Shown: one piece after another, positions 9,240 to 18,586 of the stretch
Numbering within the stretch: the first letter of the stretch is position 1
Layout of the letters: the number at the start of each line of letters is the position of its first letter
Source of the DNA: a virus
IMG/VR virus record: IMGVR_UViG_3300047471_000616
Span: 32,021 to 96,020 of that record
Direction: 5' to 3' (one strand)
Length of the DNA stretch: 64,000 nt
Position numbers and translations under genes: made by a program
The notes under the pieces: model-generated
Told to the model about the DNA's origin: nothing
The model's database searches: none
What the model saw: only the letters and a program-made list of their open reading frames with translations

Positions 9240-11918
9240 ATTTCATTTTACTTCGCTAAGCAAGCCCGCAAGGCTGCAAAGCCTGCTGGCAAAGCCCCTT
9301 TGGGCACGCCCCGCAATGCCCGCGCCAGTGTGCAGGCGTTGCGTAGGCTTGGCTGCAAAGCCTGCCCCTTGAATAAGGCTGACGTGCAAACGCCCAAAAT
9401 GTTGCCTACGCTGGCACGCCAAACTGAAGTGTATTTTCTAGCTGAAGCACCAGGGAGGGATGAAGATGAAAACACGGGGAAACCGCTCACAGGTCCCAGT
9501 GGTACTCTTTTACGGCAGTGCATTCCTAACGGCTTTGTACCTGTATGCTCTTTTGACAACGTGTGCAACTGTCGACCCACCGATGCCAAAGGGAACCGCG
9601 CACCAACTTGGCAGGAAGTAGAATGTTGCCAGCCCAGACGGGTCAAATTCATAGAACAGGCCAAGCCCAAGCTGATTGTCGGCCTGGGGGCAGTGCCGTT
9701 GCAGGCCATACTGGGATCAGGTGACCTGGCCGGGATGCGCGGCAGGCTGTTCGCAGTCAAAATAGGCAGCCACGAATGCTGGTTCATGCCTACCTATCAT
9801 CCATCCTTCATCCTGAGGACCGCCTATGACAAGAAAAAGCCCCTCCAATCCAAACTCGGCCACTGCTTCAGGATGGATGTCCGTCGTGCTTGCGAAATGG
9901 CCGCAGAACTCAAACCCTGCAAAATTGATAGCGAAAGCGAAATCAGATCAGGAGTGCAGTGCTTTGACGGATCAGATCCCTCCCATTACGGAAAATTATG
10001 TGCGCTACTTGATCATGCTGGCCAGGCTGACACCCAGGCTGACACCATCGCAGTCGATATCGAGACCAGGGGACTCAGACCCTTCAGCGACGGCGCAGCC
10101 ATCATGTCTATCGCCATATCAACTGCAACATCTAATTTCAGCTTTGCAGTTGAACATCCAGCATCAGCATTTTCAGTTGATCAACGAAAAATCATTAGTG
10201 AGTTATGTGCAAGGATACTTGGAAGCAGCGGGCCGACTAAAGCCGCACATAACGCACCATTTGAGCTCGAGTGGTTTATCTGGCTATTTGGACGCGAGAT
10301 CGTGGACCACGCGACTTGGGAATGCACTCAGATGCAAGCCCATTTTCTGGATGAAAGGCGTGGCAAGCAGGGTCATGGGGAGGATAACTTCCGGGCTCCA
10401 TACCAAAGTCTAGACTTCCTGGTGAAGCAGCACTTCGGCATAAAATATAAGTCCATGTTCAAGCTGAACAAAAAGGACATGTCAAAGTCCGACCTAGGCG
10501 AGATGCTGATTTACAACGCCCTGGATACGAAGTATACGCTCAAGCTCCACCACGCCCAGACCAAGCTGCTGAAGGAGCGCGGGCTGCATGACGCCTACCT
10601 TGAGGCACTGCCACGGCAGTCTTCAGTAGCCTTGATGCAGACCCTTGGGGTGCTGGTGGACCAGGCTGAAGTCAAACGCAATCAGGCCAAACTAGGTAAG
10701 GAAATAGCTGGTATTGAGGCTGAGATGGACGCCCTGCCGGTTGTGCGTGAGTACAAGGCAGATCACCGTGAAGTCAACTTCGCAGCTGGCCCAGACTCCC
10801 TTGACATCTTCAAGGACTACTTGAAATGCCCAGAAGTGAGGGTCAATCCTGAACATCACGAAGTGCACGACTACAACATTGCATCCAAGGCTAAGCGCAA
10901 GTTTGATGAAGCACCAGGGAAACCCAAATATTCGGTGGATAAAAATGTGCTTGATAAGATTGACCATCCCCTCGCCAAACTTATCGGTGACTTGCGTAAC
11001 AAAACCAAACTCAAATCAACATACTGTGATGGTTTGGAATTCGGAAGGGGTGCTTTGGTGTACCCTGACGGTAGATTACACTGTAACTTCAACACCACCT
11101 TCGCAGAAACCGGGCGAACGAGTAGTGATGCTCCAAACATGCAAAATTTCCCCCAACGCAAAGACTCCTGGATCAGAAAGCAAATCGTGGCCCCAAAGGG
11201 TCATGTCTTTGTTGCGTTTGATTATGGTCAGCTAGAGGGTTGTACTGCTGCCATGTGCAGCAAGGACAAAGTGTTGGTGAAAGCCCTGTGGGAGGACTAT
11301 GACATTCACATGGAGTGGGCACAGAAGCTGGCTGCCAGGTACCCTGAGATTGGCGTAGCGGACAAAGCCCTGAGGGCACGGGTCAAAAACAAGCTAGTGT
11401 TCCCGGCCATCTTTGGGGCCAAGAATAGCTCAATTGCCGACTACCTGAAGGTGCCTGAAGACGTTATTGACGACATTATGGATTCTTTCTGGGAGACATT
11501 CGATGGCTTAGCCGAATGGCAAGATCGAATTATGAAATTTTACTACGAAGAGGGATATGTTGAAAGCCCAACTGGTAGGAGGCATCATTACCCCCTAACA
11601 AGGAACCAAGCTATCAACTTCCCCATACAAAGTGTAGCCTGTGATCTGGTCTGCTGTGCCATGAACGAGTTATCACACAAAGCAGTGTCGTCCGGCAATT
11701 GGCATCTGCATCCTATACTAAACATACATGACGATTTATCGTTCTCGATACCTGACAATGACCAAATTCTTGAGAAATCAATTGAAACTATCTACAGGGC
11801 CATGCTAGACCAACCATATGATTTTATCAATGTGCCTCTTTCCGTGAAGGCGTCGATTGGTAAGAATTGGTTTGATATGCAGGATATAGGGGCATTCTGG
11901 AGTCACAAGGATCTGTAA
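9240..11918 (+). CDS. polA: family A DNA polymerase with N-terminal uracil-DNA glycosylase (family 4-like) domain and 3'-5' exonuclease
   Basis: UDG: CKACPL, AEAPGRDED, NCRP, TYHPSF. Exonuclease: VDIET, HNAPFE, YNALD. Polymerase: TGRTSS..PNMQN, DYGQLE, NFPIQS, IHDD. Start uncertain: ATT 9240 behind AGGAGGT or TTG 9300. Confidence 0.92.
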   Translation: MSFYFAKQARKAAKPAGKAPLGTPRNARASVQALRRLGCKACPLNKADVQTPKMLPTLARQTEVYFLAEAPGRDEDENTGKPLTGPSGTLLRQCIPNGFVPVCSFDNVCNCRPTDAKGNRAPTWQEVECCQPRRVKFIEQAKPKLIVGLGAVPLQAILGSGDLAGMRGRLFAVKIGSHECWFMPTYHPSFILRTAYDKKKPLQSKLGHCFRMDVRRACEMAAELKPCKIDSESEIRSGVQCFDGSDPSHYGKLCALLDHAGQADTQADTIAVDIETRGLRPFSDGAAIMSIAISTATSNFSFAVEHPASAFSVDQRKIISELCARILGSSGPTKAAHNAPFELEWFIWLFGREIVDHATWECTQMQAHFLDERRGKQGHGEDNFRAPYQSLDFLVKQHFGIKYKSMFKLNKKDMSKSDLGEMLIYNALDTKYTLKLHHAQTKLLKERGLHDAYLEALPRQSSVALMQTLGVLVDQAEVKRNQAKLGKEIAGIEAEMDALPVVREYKADHREVNFAAGPDSLDIFKDYLKCPEVRVNPEHHEVHDYNIASKAKRKFDEAPGKPKYSVDKNVLDKIDHPLAKLIGDLRNKTKLKSTYCDGLEFGRGALVYPDGRLHCNFNTTFAETGRTSSDAPNMQNFPQRKDSWIRKQIVAPKGHVFVAFDYGQLEGCTAAMCSKDKVLVKALWEDYDIHMEWAQKLAARYPEIGVADKALRARVKNKLVFPAIFGAKNSSIADYLKVPEDVIDDIMDSFWETFDGLAEWQDRIMKFYYEEGYVESPTGRRHHYPLTRNQAINFPIQSVACDLVCCAMNELSHKAVSSGNWHLHPILNIHDDLSFSIPDNDQILEKSIETIYRAMLDQPYDFINVPLSVKASIGKNWFDMQDIGAFWSHKDL

Positions 11919-12415
11919 TGGATACTAAACAGCTAGTAACAAGGCTTAAACGTGACTATCTTTATAATCAGGAAACTGGAGATTTCTATCATCTCAAAAG
12001 AGGTAGTACTGCTGGTTACCGGCGCAAGGATGGGTACGTTGAATTGTATGTAGGAGGGATGCCATATCTGGCCCACCGCATGGCGTGGCTGTACACAACT
12101 GGGCAGTTGCCGCATGAGGTAGATCACAAGAATGGGGTCAGATCAGATAATAGATGGTCTAATCTTCGTGAAGCTTCAAGAAGCCAGAATAATGGCAACA
12201 GCAACGGTTGGTCCAAATCAAAAAGGAAGAATAATTTGCCAAGAGGGGTGTACATCAATAAGGCCCTACCTCACAGGTTTTTGGCAAGGATAGAAATAGG
12301 CCGTAGGTGCATAAGCCTGGGAAGTTTTGACACTGTGGCTGAGGCAGAAACAGCCTACAAAGAGGCGGCGCACAAACACTTCGGTGTGTTTGTCAGGAGT
12401 AATCGTGATGTATGA
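11918..12415 (+). CDS. HNH homing endonuclease with AP2-like domain
   Basis: LAHRMAW, VDHKNGVRSDNRWSNLR, LGSFDT..EA..AY. Confidence 0.9.
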   Translation: MDTKQLVTRLKRDYLYNQETGDFYHLKRGSTAGYRRKDGYVELYVGGMPYLAHRMAWLYTTGQLPHEVDHKNGVRSDNRWSNLREASRSQNNGNSNGWSKSKRKNNLPRGVYINKALPHRFLARIEIGRRCISLGSFDTVAEAETAYKEAAHKHFGVFVRSNRDV

Positions 12416-12665
12416 GGACGTAGGGGCAATTGCTTGGGTGATCTTCATCATATTGCTTGCCTGGTTGATGTTCTGCGCCTGGCGCACGTCTAGGCAACAA
12501 CGTGCTCTGATAAATGCCCTGCTTATGGTTGAAAAATCAAGGATCAGAGCCGGGTTTAAGTACAATGAAGCCTTTTTGCTTCCGTTGAGGCGTGTTGGCT
12601 TTGGTAAGCACTTCTGGCATCTGTTCACCTTCCGCAACGCAGCAGGCCTCTATGACCGCAAATAG
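12408..12665 (+). CDS. small membrane protein
   Basis: N-terminal hydrophobic helix AIAWVIFIILLAWLMFCAW; SD AGGAG. Confidence 0.6.
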   Translation: MYEDVGAIAWVIFIILLAWLMFCAWRTSRQQRALINALLMVEKSRIRAGFKYNEAFLLPLRRVGFGKHFWHLFTFRNAAGLYDRK

Positions 12666-13614
12666 CTTGCATACCCGGTACCGTCCCTTGAGTTTTGATG
12701 AAGTTCTCGGCCAAGATAATACAGTCGCTTCACTCAAACAGGCAATCAAAGGAAACCGCGCTCACAGCTACATCTTCACCGGCCCGTCCGGGACTGGTAA
12801 AACCACCCTGGCCCGCATCCTGGCCAATGAGTTTGCCGGGGTTGAGGCAACCATAGCAAACGTGGAGGAGATCGATGCAGCAACGAACTCTGGTGCTGAC
12901 GCTATGCGGAGCGTTGTCACTCGTTCAATGTACCGGGCCATTGGAGCTGGAGACGGTATCAAAAATATCATCATCGATGAAGCACACCGTCTGTCAGCAG
13001 CAGCCTGGACCATCCTCCTCAAACCGATAGAGGAACCGCCCAAGCACGTGTATTGGATGCTGTGCACTACCGAACCTGGGAGGATACCCAAAACCATTCA
13101 GACCCGTTGTCTCAAGTATGATCTAAAACCGGTAGGGGAGGAATTGATATATGAGCTACTACAATCTGTGGTCGAGGTTGAGGGGTTTGGAACCACCGAC
13201 GAAGTCATTGCGGCCATTGCCGAAGATGCAAGTGGTAGCCCTCGTCAGGCGTTGGTATGGCTGGAGGCCTGCATCCATGCGAAAAATGCCCAAGAAGCCC
13301 GTCAAATCATACGCAGTGCAACGCAAAGCCGTGAGGCGGTTGATCTGGCTAGATGGCTCCTCGGCGGGCGTGGCCAGACATGGGCTGAGGCCGTTAAGCT
13401 TGTTAAGGCCCTGGAAGGCACCGACCCTGAGAGCGTGAGAATCATGCTGATGAACTACTTCGGCAACGTGCTGCTCAATACCACTGGCGACGACAAGGCA
13501 CGGCAAGTGCTGGCACTCATAGAACCGTTCAGGGCTTCTTACAATGCCAGTGACCGCATGACCCCACTGCTGTACAGTATTGCGATGGCCATCAACCTGG
13601 ACTATCGTCCATGA
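12652..13614 (+). CDS. dnaX: clamp loader AAA+ ATPase (Pol III gamma/tau-like)
   Basis: RYRP..FDEVLGQ, GPSGTGKTTLARI, IIDEAHRLS, LLKPIEEPP, TIQTRC. Confidence 0.92.
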   Translation: MTANSLHTRYRPLSFDEVLGQDNTVASLKQAIKGNRAHSYIFTGPSGTGKTTLARILANEFAGVEATIANVEEIDAATNSGADAMRSVVTRSMYRAIGAGDGIKNIIIDEAHRLSAAAWTILLKPIEEPPKHVYWMLCTTEPGRIPKTIQTRCLKYDLKPVGEELIYELLQSVVEVEGFGTTDEVIAAIAEDASGSPRQALVWLEACIHAKNAQEARQIIRSATQSREAVDLARWLLGGRGQTWAEAVKLVKALEGTDPESVRIMLMNYFGNVLLNTTGDDKARQVLALIEPFRASYNASDRMTPLLYSIAMAINLDYRP

Positions 13615-14096
13615 CCGTAGACATTGACGAATTCAGAAAGTACCTGAAAATAGACAAGCAGGCGCTGGATGATGAAGTCATGCAGCAGCCATCCCTGTTT
13701 TTCGAGGTGTCTGAGGCTTATACTCAGGCAGTAGCAGAACGCGACGCTTTGAAGGAGGAACTGGCACTAGTTGATGGCAGCCTTTTTGGTGGGTATCGTA
13801 AACAAGATCCCAAAGCTACTGATACCCTCATTAAGAGCAAGATTAGTATTGAGAAAGGCCACCGGGCAGCATTTACTGAATACCTGGAAGCCAAGGAATA
13901 TGCAGATAAGTTGGGTGCGTTGAAGGATGCGTTTAACCAGAGGAGTGAAATGCTAAAAGCACTAGGTAGACTATACGCAAGCAACTACTTCGAGCAAATG
14001 GCACTGAAGCCAACGCAAAGCACTGATGCAATGGTCTACCGTCGTCAACGTGAACGTCTGACTTTACAACGGAAAGGAAAAGGAAATGAACGATAG
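13611..14096 (+). CDS. UvsY-like recombination mediator
   Basis: Helical 161 aa protein starting LKIDKQALDDE, ending AFNQRSEML; next to SSB. Confidence 0.6.
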   Translation: MTVDIDEFRKYLKIDKQALDDEVMQQPSLFFEVSEAYTQAVAERDALKEELALVDGSLFGGYRKQDPKATDTLIKSKISIEKGHRAAFTEYLEAKEYADKLGALKDAFNQRSEMLKALGRLYASNYFEQMALKPTQSTDAMVYRRQRERLTLQRKGKGNER

Positions 14097-15003
14097 AAGC
14101 TTTAGATACCAGTCCCGCTCCAAAGAAGATTGGCGTGAACGTGCCAACATGAAGGGCGGGCAGTTCGACAGCTACATCAAGCCTGCCTACAAGATGTACA
14201 AAGTCAAGGATGGCAAGAACCTGTTGCGCATCCTGCCGCCTACTTGGCCCAAGGCCAAGCATTACGGCTACGACATCTACGTCAACTTCGGTATTGGCCC
14301 GGACAATCAGGCTTACTTGTCATTGTCCAAGATGCAGGGCCAAGCCGACCCTATCGCTGAGGCAAGGCAGGTGGCTGAAGCCGAAGGCGATGAGACGGTG
14401 GTCAAGGCATTGCGCCCTACCTACCGGGTTCTGATGTGGGTCATTGACCGCAATGACGAGGAAGAAGGGCCGTTGCTATGGCCTTCCCCGTTCACAGTGG
14501 ACAAAGCCTTCATCAACTTGGCACGGGACCAGGATACGGGTGCCATCGTGGAGATTGATCACCCTGAGGAGGGGTGTGATATCCGCTTCTACCGTGAAGG
14601 CACTGGCATGACCACCAAGTATGATGCCAGCAAGATGCGCCTCATGGAGGCCGGGCCAATTGCAGACAATGAGAAGCAGCAGGCGAAGTGGCTGCAATAC
14701 ATTGCCGAAAACCCGGTGCCTGACTGCCTGCAGTTCTATGACTACGACCACATCAACAAGGTGTTCAGTGGCACTGCGCCGCGCCCCAAGGATGAGGAGC
14801 CGGAGCCTGCGCCACGCAAGGCGGCCAAGCCGGTTGATCCTGATCCTGAGGAGGAGTCTGACCCGGAGCCTGCACCCCGTCGCGCTAGGCCACGGGTAGC
14901 TGAGTCTGAGGAGACTGCCGATCCAGGCCCCAAAAGCGGGAGCATCAGGGACCGTATCAGGCGACGGCACCAGACGGCTAGTCAGCCCGCAGAGGAAGAC
15001 TGA
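14086..15003 (+). CDS. single-stranded DNA-binding protein (T4 gp32-like)
   Basis: GKNLLRILPP, DPIAE, VIDRND, DHPEEGCDI, TKY; disordered acidic tail. Confidence 0.75.
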   Translation: MNDRSFRYQSRSKEDWRERANMKGGQFDSYIKPAYKMYKVKDGKNLLRILPPTWPKAKHYGYDIYVNFGIGPDNQAYLSLSKMQGQADPIAEARQVAEAEGDETVVKALRPTYRVLMWVIDRNDEEEGPLLWPSPFTVDKAFINLARDQDTGAIVEIDHPEEGCDIRFYREGTGMTTKYDASKMRLMEAGPIADNEKQQAKWLQYIAENPVPDCLQFYDYDHINKVFSGTAPRPKDEEPEPAPRKAAKPVDPDPEEESDPEPAPRRARPRVAESEETADPGPKSGSIRDRIRRRHQTASQPAEED

Positions 15004-15010
15004 GCTACTA

Positions 15011-15056
15011 AAAAGGGGCGGCATCGACCCGTTACGGGGGGATCGCCGCCCCCTTT
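15011..15056. terminator. intrinsic terminator-like hairpin, possibly bidirectional
   Basis: AAAA-GGGGCGGC...GCCGCCCC-CTTT with inner CCCG-TTA-CGGG, directly after the SSB stop. Confidence 0.6.
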
Positions 15057-15100
15057 CTCAAATCCTCAATGACCACATCCCCTATGAAAGGTGGAATAAA

Positions 15101-15316
15101 ATGAGTGCTTTCAAACAGTACCGAAGGAAGCAGATAGCTGAGTTGCGGCCCTATGTGGCAGGGGAGCCGCTTGATGGGGTCAGCATAAGCGCTCCTGACA
15201 AGGAAGCTGGTTCCCCTAAGAAAGGCGACATGATAGCCCGCAACCCAAAGAATCACGCTGACCAGTGGCTGGTGGCGGCACAGTATTTCGCTGACAATTT
15301 TGAGCCAGTATCATGA
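15101..15316 (+). CDS. conserved phage hypothetical protein
   Basis: KQYRRKQIAELRPY...GDMIARNPKNH.DQWLVA..YF.DNFE. Confidence 0.75.
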   Translation: MSAFKQYRRKQIAELRPYVAGEPLDGVSISAPDKEAGSPKKGDMIARNPKNHADQWLVAAQYFADNFEPVS

Positions 15317-15516
15317 AGAAAATCATCACCTTGGCAGCTCTATCCGTATGTGTCTGCTTATTGCCCCCTGCTGCTGAAGCCAAGAAAATGAAGGAGTGGT
15401 GTTATGGGAACGGCTGCCTCAGCGGCGGCGGCATGGCAGACAGGTCCGGCTGGCATGAGTGCCATAAGGGGGAACTCAACGTCTGCCGCCAAAAGGCGGC
15501 TGAGAAGCCCCAATGA
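15313..15516 (+). CDS. small secreted Cys-rich protein
   Basis: Sec signal MKKIITLAALS...AEA; four Cys in the mature part. Confidence 0.6.
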   Translation: MKKIITLAALSVCVCLLPPAAEAKKMKEWCYGNGCLSGGGMADRSGWHECHKGELNVCRQKAAEKPQ

Positions 15517-16517
15517 TGGCAAAGCGTGAGCGCCCCAAGATAACCAAAACGTCGTACTTCGTAGGTGATAAGCCAGGGATCAACTTCGTAAGTTCCGGCT
15601 GCACGCTGCTGGATTGTGCCCTGGGCGGCGGCTATGCCATCGGCCGCATCGTCAACATTGTCGGTGACAGGTCCACTGCCAAAACCGCCCTGGCCGCTGA
15701 AGCCATGATCAACTTCTTGCTGAAGTACCCCGAGGGGGCGGTGCGCTACTGTGAGACCGAAGCTGCATTTGACTCTAGCTATGCTGCTGCCATGGGCCTG
15801 CAAATTGACAAAGTCGACTTTGGTGACAAGAACAAGCCAATCACCACAGTTGAAGAATTTGCCCGTGATTTTGACAAGTTCCTGGACGCCCAGATCAAAG
15901 CCAAGCTGCCGGGCATCTACGTAGTGGACAGCCTTGACGCCCTCAGTGACGAAGCTGAGATGGAGCGTGACGTGGGCGAAGCCAGTTACGGTATGGCCAA
16001 GGCCAAGATGTTGAGTGAATTCTTCAGGAAAACAGCCAGGAGAATTGAGCAGAGCCAGGTGTTGCTGGTAGTGGTCAGTCAGGTGCGTGAGAACATAGGG
16101 GTCACGTTTGGTGAGAAGTACCGCCGTGCAGGCGGGAAGGCCCTTGATTTCTATGCCTCGCAGATTTTCTGGCTCTCAGCTGTCAAACCGCTGAAACGCA
16201 CCATCAGTAAGATTGAGCGAACCTATGGTGTGCTGATCCTAGCTAAGGTCAAGAAGAACAAGGTCGGGCTGCAATTCAGGGAGGCATCATTTGCCTTTAT
16301 CTTTGGGTTTGGGGTTGACAATGTCGGTGCTTCGATAGGTTGGCTAAAGGATATTGGTGAATTGACTACTGAAGAGGCCAAAAATCTTATAATTGAATTT
16401 GGGGAGATGGATGATAAAGACTACAAGATTGAGCAACAAAAGCTAGATCAGCTAGTCAAGGAAAAATGGGCTACCGTAGAAACTAGCTTTTTGCCGACGC
16501 GGAGCAAGTATGCGTAA
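15513..16517 (+). CDS. recA: RecA/UvsX-like recombinase
   Basis: SSGCTLLDCALGGG, GRIVNIVG..STAKT, VVDSLDAL, SQVRENIG, GGKALDFYAS, VKKNKV. Confidence 0.92.
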   Translation: MMAKRERPKITKTSYFVGDKPGINFVSSGCTLLDCALGGGYAIGRIVNIVGDRSTAKTALAAEAMINFLLKYPEGAVRYCETEAAFDSSYAAAMGLQIDKVDFGDKNKPITTVEEFARDFDKFLDAQIKAKLPGIYVVDSLDALSDEAEMERDVGEASYGMAKAKMLSEFFRKTARRIEQSQVLLVVVSQVRENIGVTFGEKYRRAGGKALDFYASQIFWLSAVKPLKRTISKIERTYGVLILAKVKKNKVGLQFREASFAFIFGFGVDNVGASIGWLKDIGELTTEEAKNLIIEFGEMDDKDYKIEQQKLDQLVKEKWATVETSFLPTRSKYA

Positions 16518-17019
16518 AGGTGGGGGCAAGCAGAAAGGCGCGCAGTTTGAGAGGGACGTATGCCGTGAATTGTCGTTGTGGGTCAGTCACGGCAAACAGG
16601 AAGATGTGTACTGGCGTTCAGCTATGAGCGGAGGCAGGTCCACCGTTGCAGCCCTCAAAGGCAAGCGGCTGGCAGCCCAATCTGGTGATCTTTCCTGCGT
16701 GCACGAAGTGGGATATGTCTTTGCCAGCAAATTTATTGTCGAGTGCAAGTTCTACGCTGACCTGAATTTCCTGGGCTTGCTGACCGGCAAAGGCAAGCTA
16801 ATGGAATTTTGGGGGGAGTTACTGGTGCAGGCTGCCGCCTACAGCAAGCTTCCCATGCTTATTGCCAAGCAGAATCGCATGCTGACCATGGTCTGCCTAT
16901 GTAACATAGGGTCCAGGGAACTGAACCTTGAGAAACGGGCGCTGCTTATAGCGCCGCAACGCAGTTTGCGTATAATCCCCCTCCATGAGTTTACCCAGTA
17001 TGCCACGAGGCCGACATGA
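16510..17019 (+). CDS. Holliday junction resolvase (PD-(D/E)xK)
   Basis: KQKGAQFERDVC, SGDL, VECK. Confidence 0.8.
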   Translation: MRKGGGKQKGAQFERDVCRELSLWVSHGKQEDVYWRSAMSGGRSTVAALKGKRLAAQSGDLSCVHEVGYVFASKFIVECKFYADLNFLGLLTGKGKLMEFWGELLVQAAAYSKLPMLIAKQNRMLTMVCLCNIGSRELNLEKRALLIAPQRSLRIIPLHEFTQYATRPT

Positions 17020-17579
17020 GCAAAGATAGAATCACCATCAACCAGCTGATCAGGATAGCCGAAGAAAGAACCTGGGAAGATTTTGAAGCAATGCCGGATG
17101 GGCGGCTGATTCTTCAAGACCATGCCCAGACCCTGCTTCAGAGCGAGGAACCAGTAAGCCCACTATTGTGGATATTTGAAATGCGAATTGGGCTTCACTT
17201 CGAACGGCCAATGCAGGCCATCATGTCGTGCGGGCACTTCATCAGGATGCGCAGTGCCGACATATCTTGGGGGGTTGAGAGCTTGAGAAAGCTGGATCCA
17301 GCTCGGCCCAACGATTGCTTATACACTCAAATGGGCCCCCTCAACGTGGGCCCCCTCAACTGGGGCTGGCGTCCTTACATGTCCCAAGCAACGTCCAATA
17401 CGCCGTCCACTGTCTTTGTGGGGGTACCACTACAAACAACTTGTGGTGGGGCCGGGCCATATGCTACCCAGAATACAACATATCAACGCGCAGCCTTACA
17501 GGCGGCTCAACAAGCAATTAAGAGTGCCACCTCTTGGGGGCTGCAGACTCTTCAAGGCCATAGCAGCACCAAGATATGA
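17016..17579 (+). CDS. hypothetical protein
   Basis: Coupled on both sides by ATGA overlaps. Confidence 0.55.
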   Translation: MSKDRITINQLIRIAEERTWEDFEAMPDGRLILQDHAQTLLQSEEPVSPLLWIFEMRIGLHFERPMQAIMSCGHFIRMRSADISWGVESLRKLDPARPNDCLYTQMGPLNVGPLNWGWRPYMSQATSNTPSTVFVGVPLQTTCGGAGPYATQNTTYQRAALQAAQQAIKSATSWGLQTLQGHSSTKI

Positions 17580-18586
17580 CGTGGCTTGTTTCTGCCGATT
17601 TACACCTGTCAGACCGGCCAAAAGACTCATACCGCTTTGCCATCTTTGACTGGCTGGCTAAGCAGCAGCAGAAACACAACGTCAGCGCCACCTTCATTCT
17701 AGGTGACCTGACCGACCGCAAAGACAATCATTCATCGGCCCTGGTCAACCGGGTCATAGATGAACTGCTGAAGCTGCGGCCACCGGTCTACATACTTCGC
17801 GGCAACCATGACGGTATTGACCCCAACAACCCCTTTTTCCGCTTCCTGCAAACCATTGAGGGGCTGGACTTTGTGGTTGAGCCTGTAGTGATCAACGGGG
17901 TGGCTATGATCCCCCACCAGCCCGATCAGGCCGCCCTGGACCGCGCCTGTGGCATTGTTAGGCCCTCTATGGCCGGGGTCATGATGCATCAGACCCTTGA
18001 CGGGGCTATGGCTGAAACCGGCACCCGTTTGTCGGGCCTACGGTGCCCGCTGATTGAGGCAATGCAGCCCGCTATGGTATGGCAGCGGTGGCTTAGCGGT
18101 GACGTACACAAGCCCCAACGGCTCAGTGGGGGGCTAACCTACGTAGGCGCGCCCTACCATGTGCGCTTTGGTGATGACTTTGAGCCTAGGGTGTTGCTAA
18201 TTGGCAACACTATAAACTCTCAAACGGCCCTGCACTTCCCCTGCCTCAAGAAATGGGTGCTGCACACTAGGGGCATTGGTGAACTTGAATTAGTGCTTGG
18301 GCTCCCGAGGAAAGGGGATCATGTCAAAATCATCGTTACGCTATCGCCTGAGGAGGTTGTGGAGTGGGCTGCAATTAAACGTAGGATACTTGACGCCTGC
18401 CGGGCGATGGAAGTACAGGTTTTCGGTGTCGAATTGGAAATTGCAGGCAAAAAGACAAAGGGAACTACTGACCAGCAACCTGTTGTACATGACCGAACGC
18501 CGAAGGAAATATTTGGACGATTTTGCCAAGCCGAACGGGTCCCAGTAGACATCAAACAGGTAGGGGAAGAGTTTGTTTCAAATTGA
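17576..18586 (+). CDS. sbcD: SbcD/Mre11-like metallophosphoesterase nuclease
   Basis: ADLH, LGDLTD, GNHD, GDVHKPQ, YVGAP. Confidence 0.88.
   Translation: MTWLVSADLHLSDRPKDSYRFAIFDWLAKQQQKHNVSATFILGDLTDRKDNHSSALVNRVIDELLKLRPPVYILRGNHDGIDPNNPFFRFLQTIEGLDFVVEPVVINGVAMIPHQPDQAALDRACGIVRPSMAGVMMHQTLDGAMAETGTRLSGLRCPLIEAMQPAMVWQRWLSGDVHKPQRLSGGLTYVGAPYHVRFGDDFEPRVLLIGNTINSQTALHFPCLKKWVLHTRGIGELELVLGLPRKGDHVKIIVTLSPEEVVEWAAIKRRILDACRAMEVQVFGVELEIAGKKTKGTTDQQPVVHDRTPKEIFGRFCQAERVPVDIKQVGEEFVSN

Noticed and set aside
10023-10046. 12-nt duplication (QADT x2) in polA, and a similar GPLN duplication near 17332-17360
   Set aside because: In-frame slippage duplications in linker regions with no evident function.
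11918-12415. HNH as an intron-encoded endonuclease splitting polA
   Set aside because: The polymerase has motifs A, B, C and a normal C-terminus before the HNH, so the HNH is free-standing.
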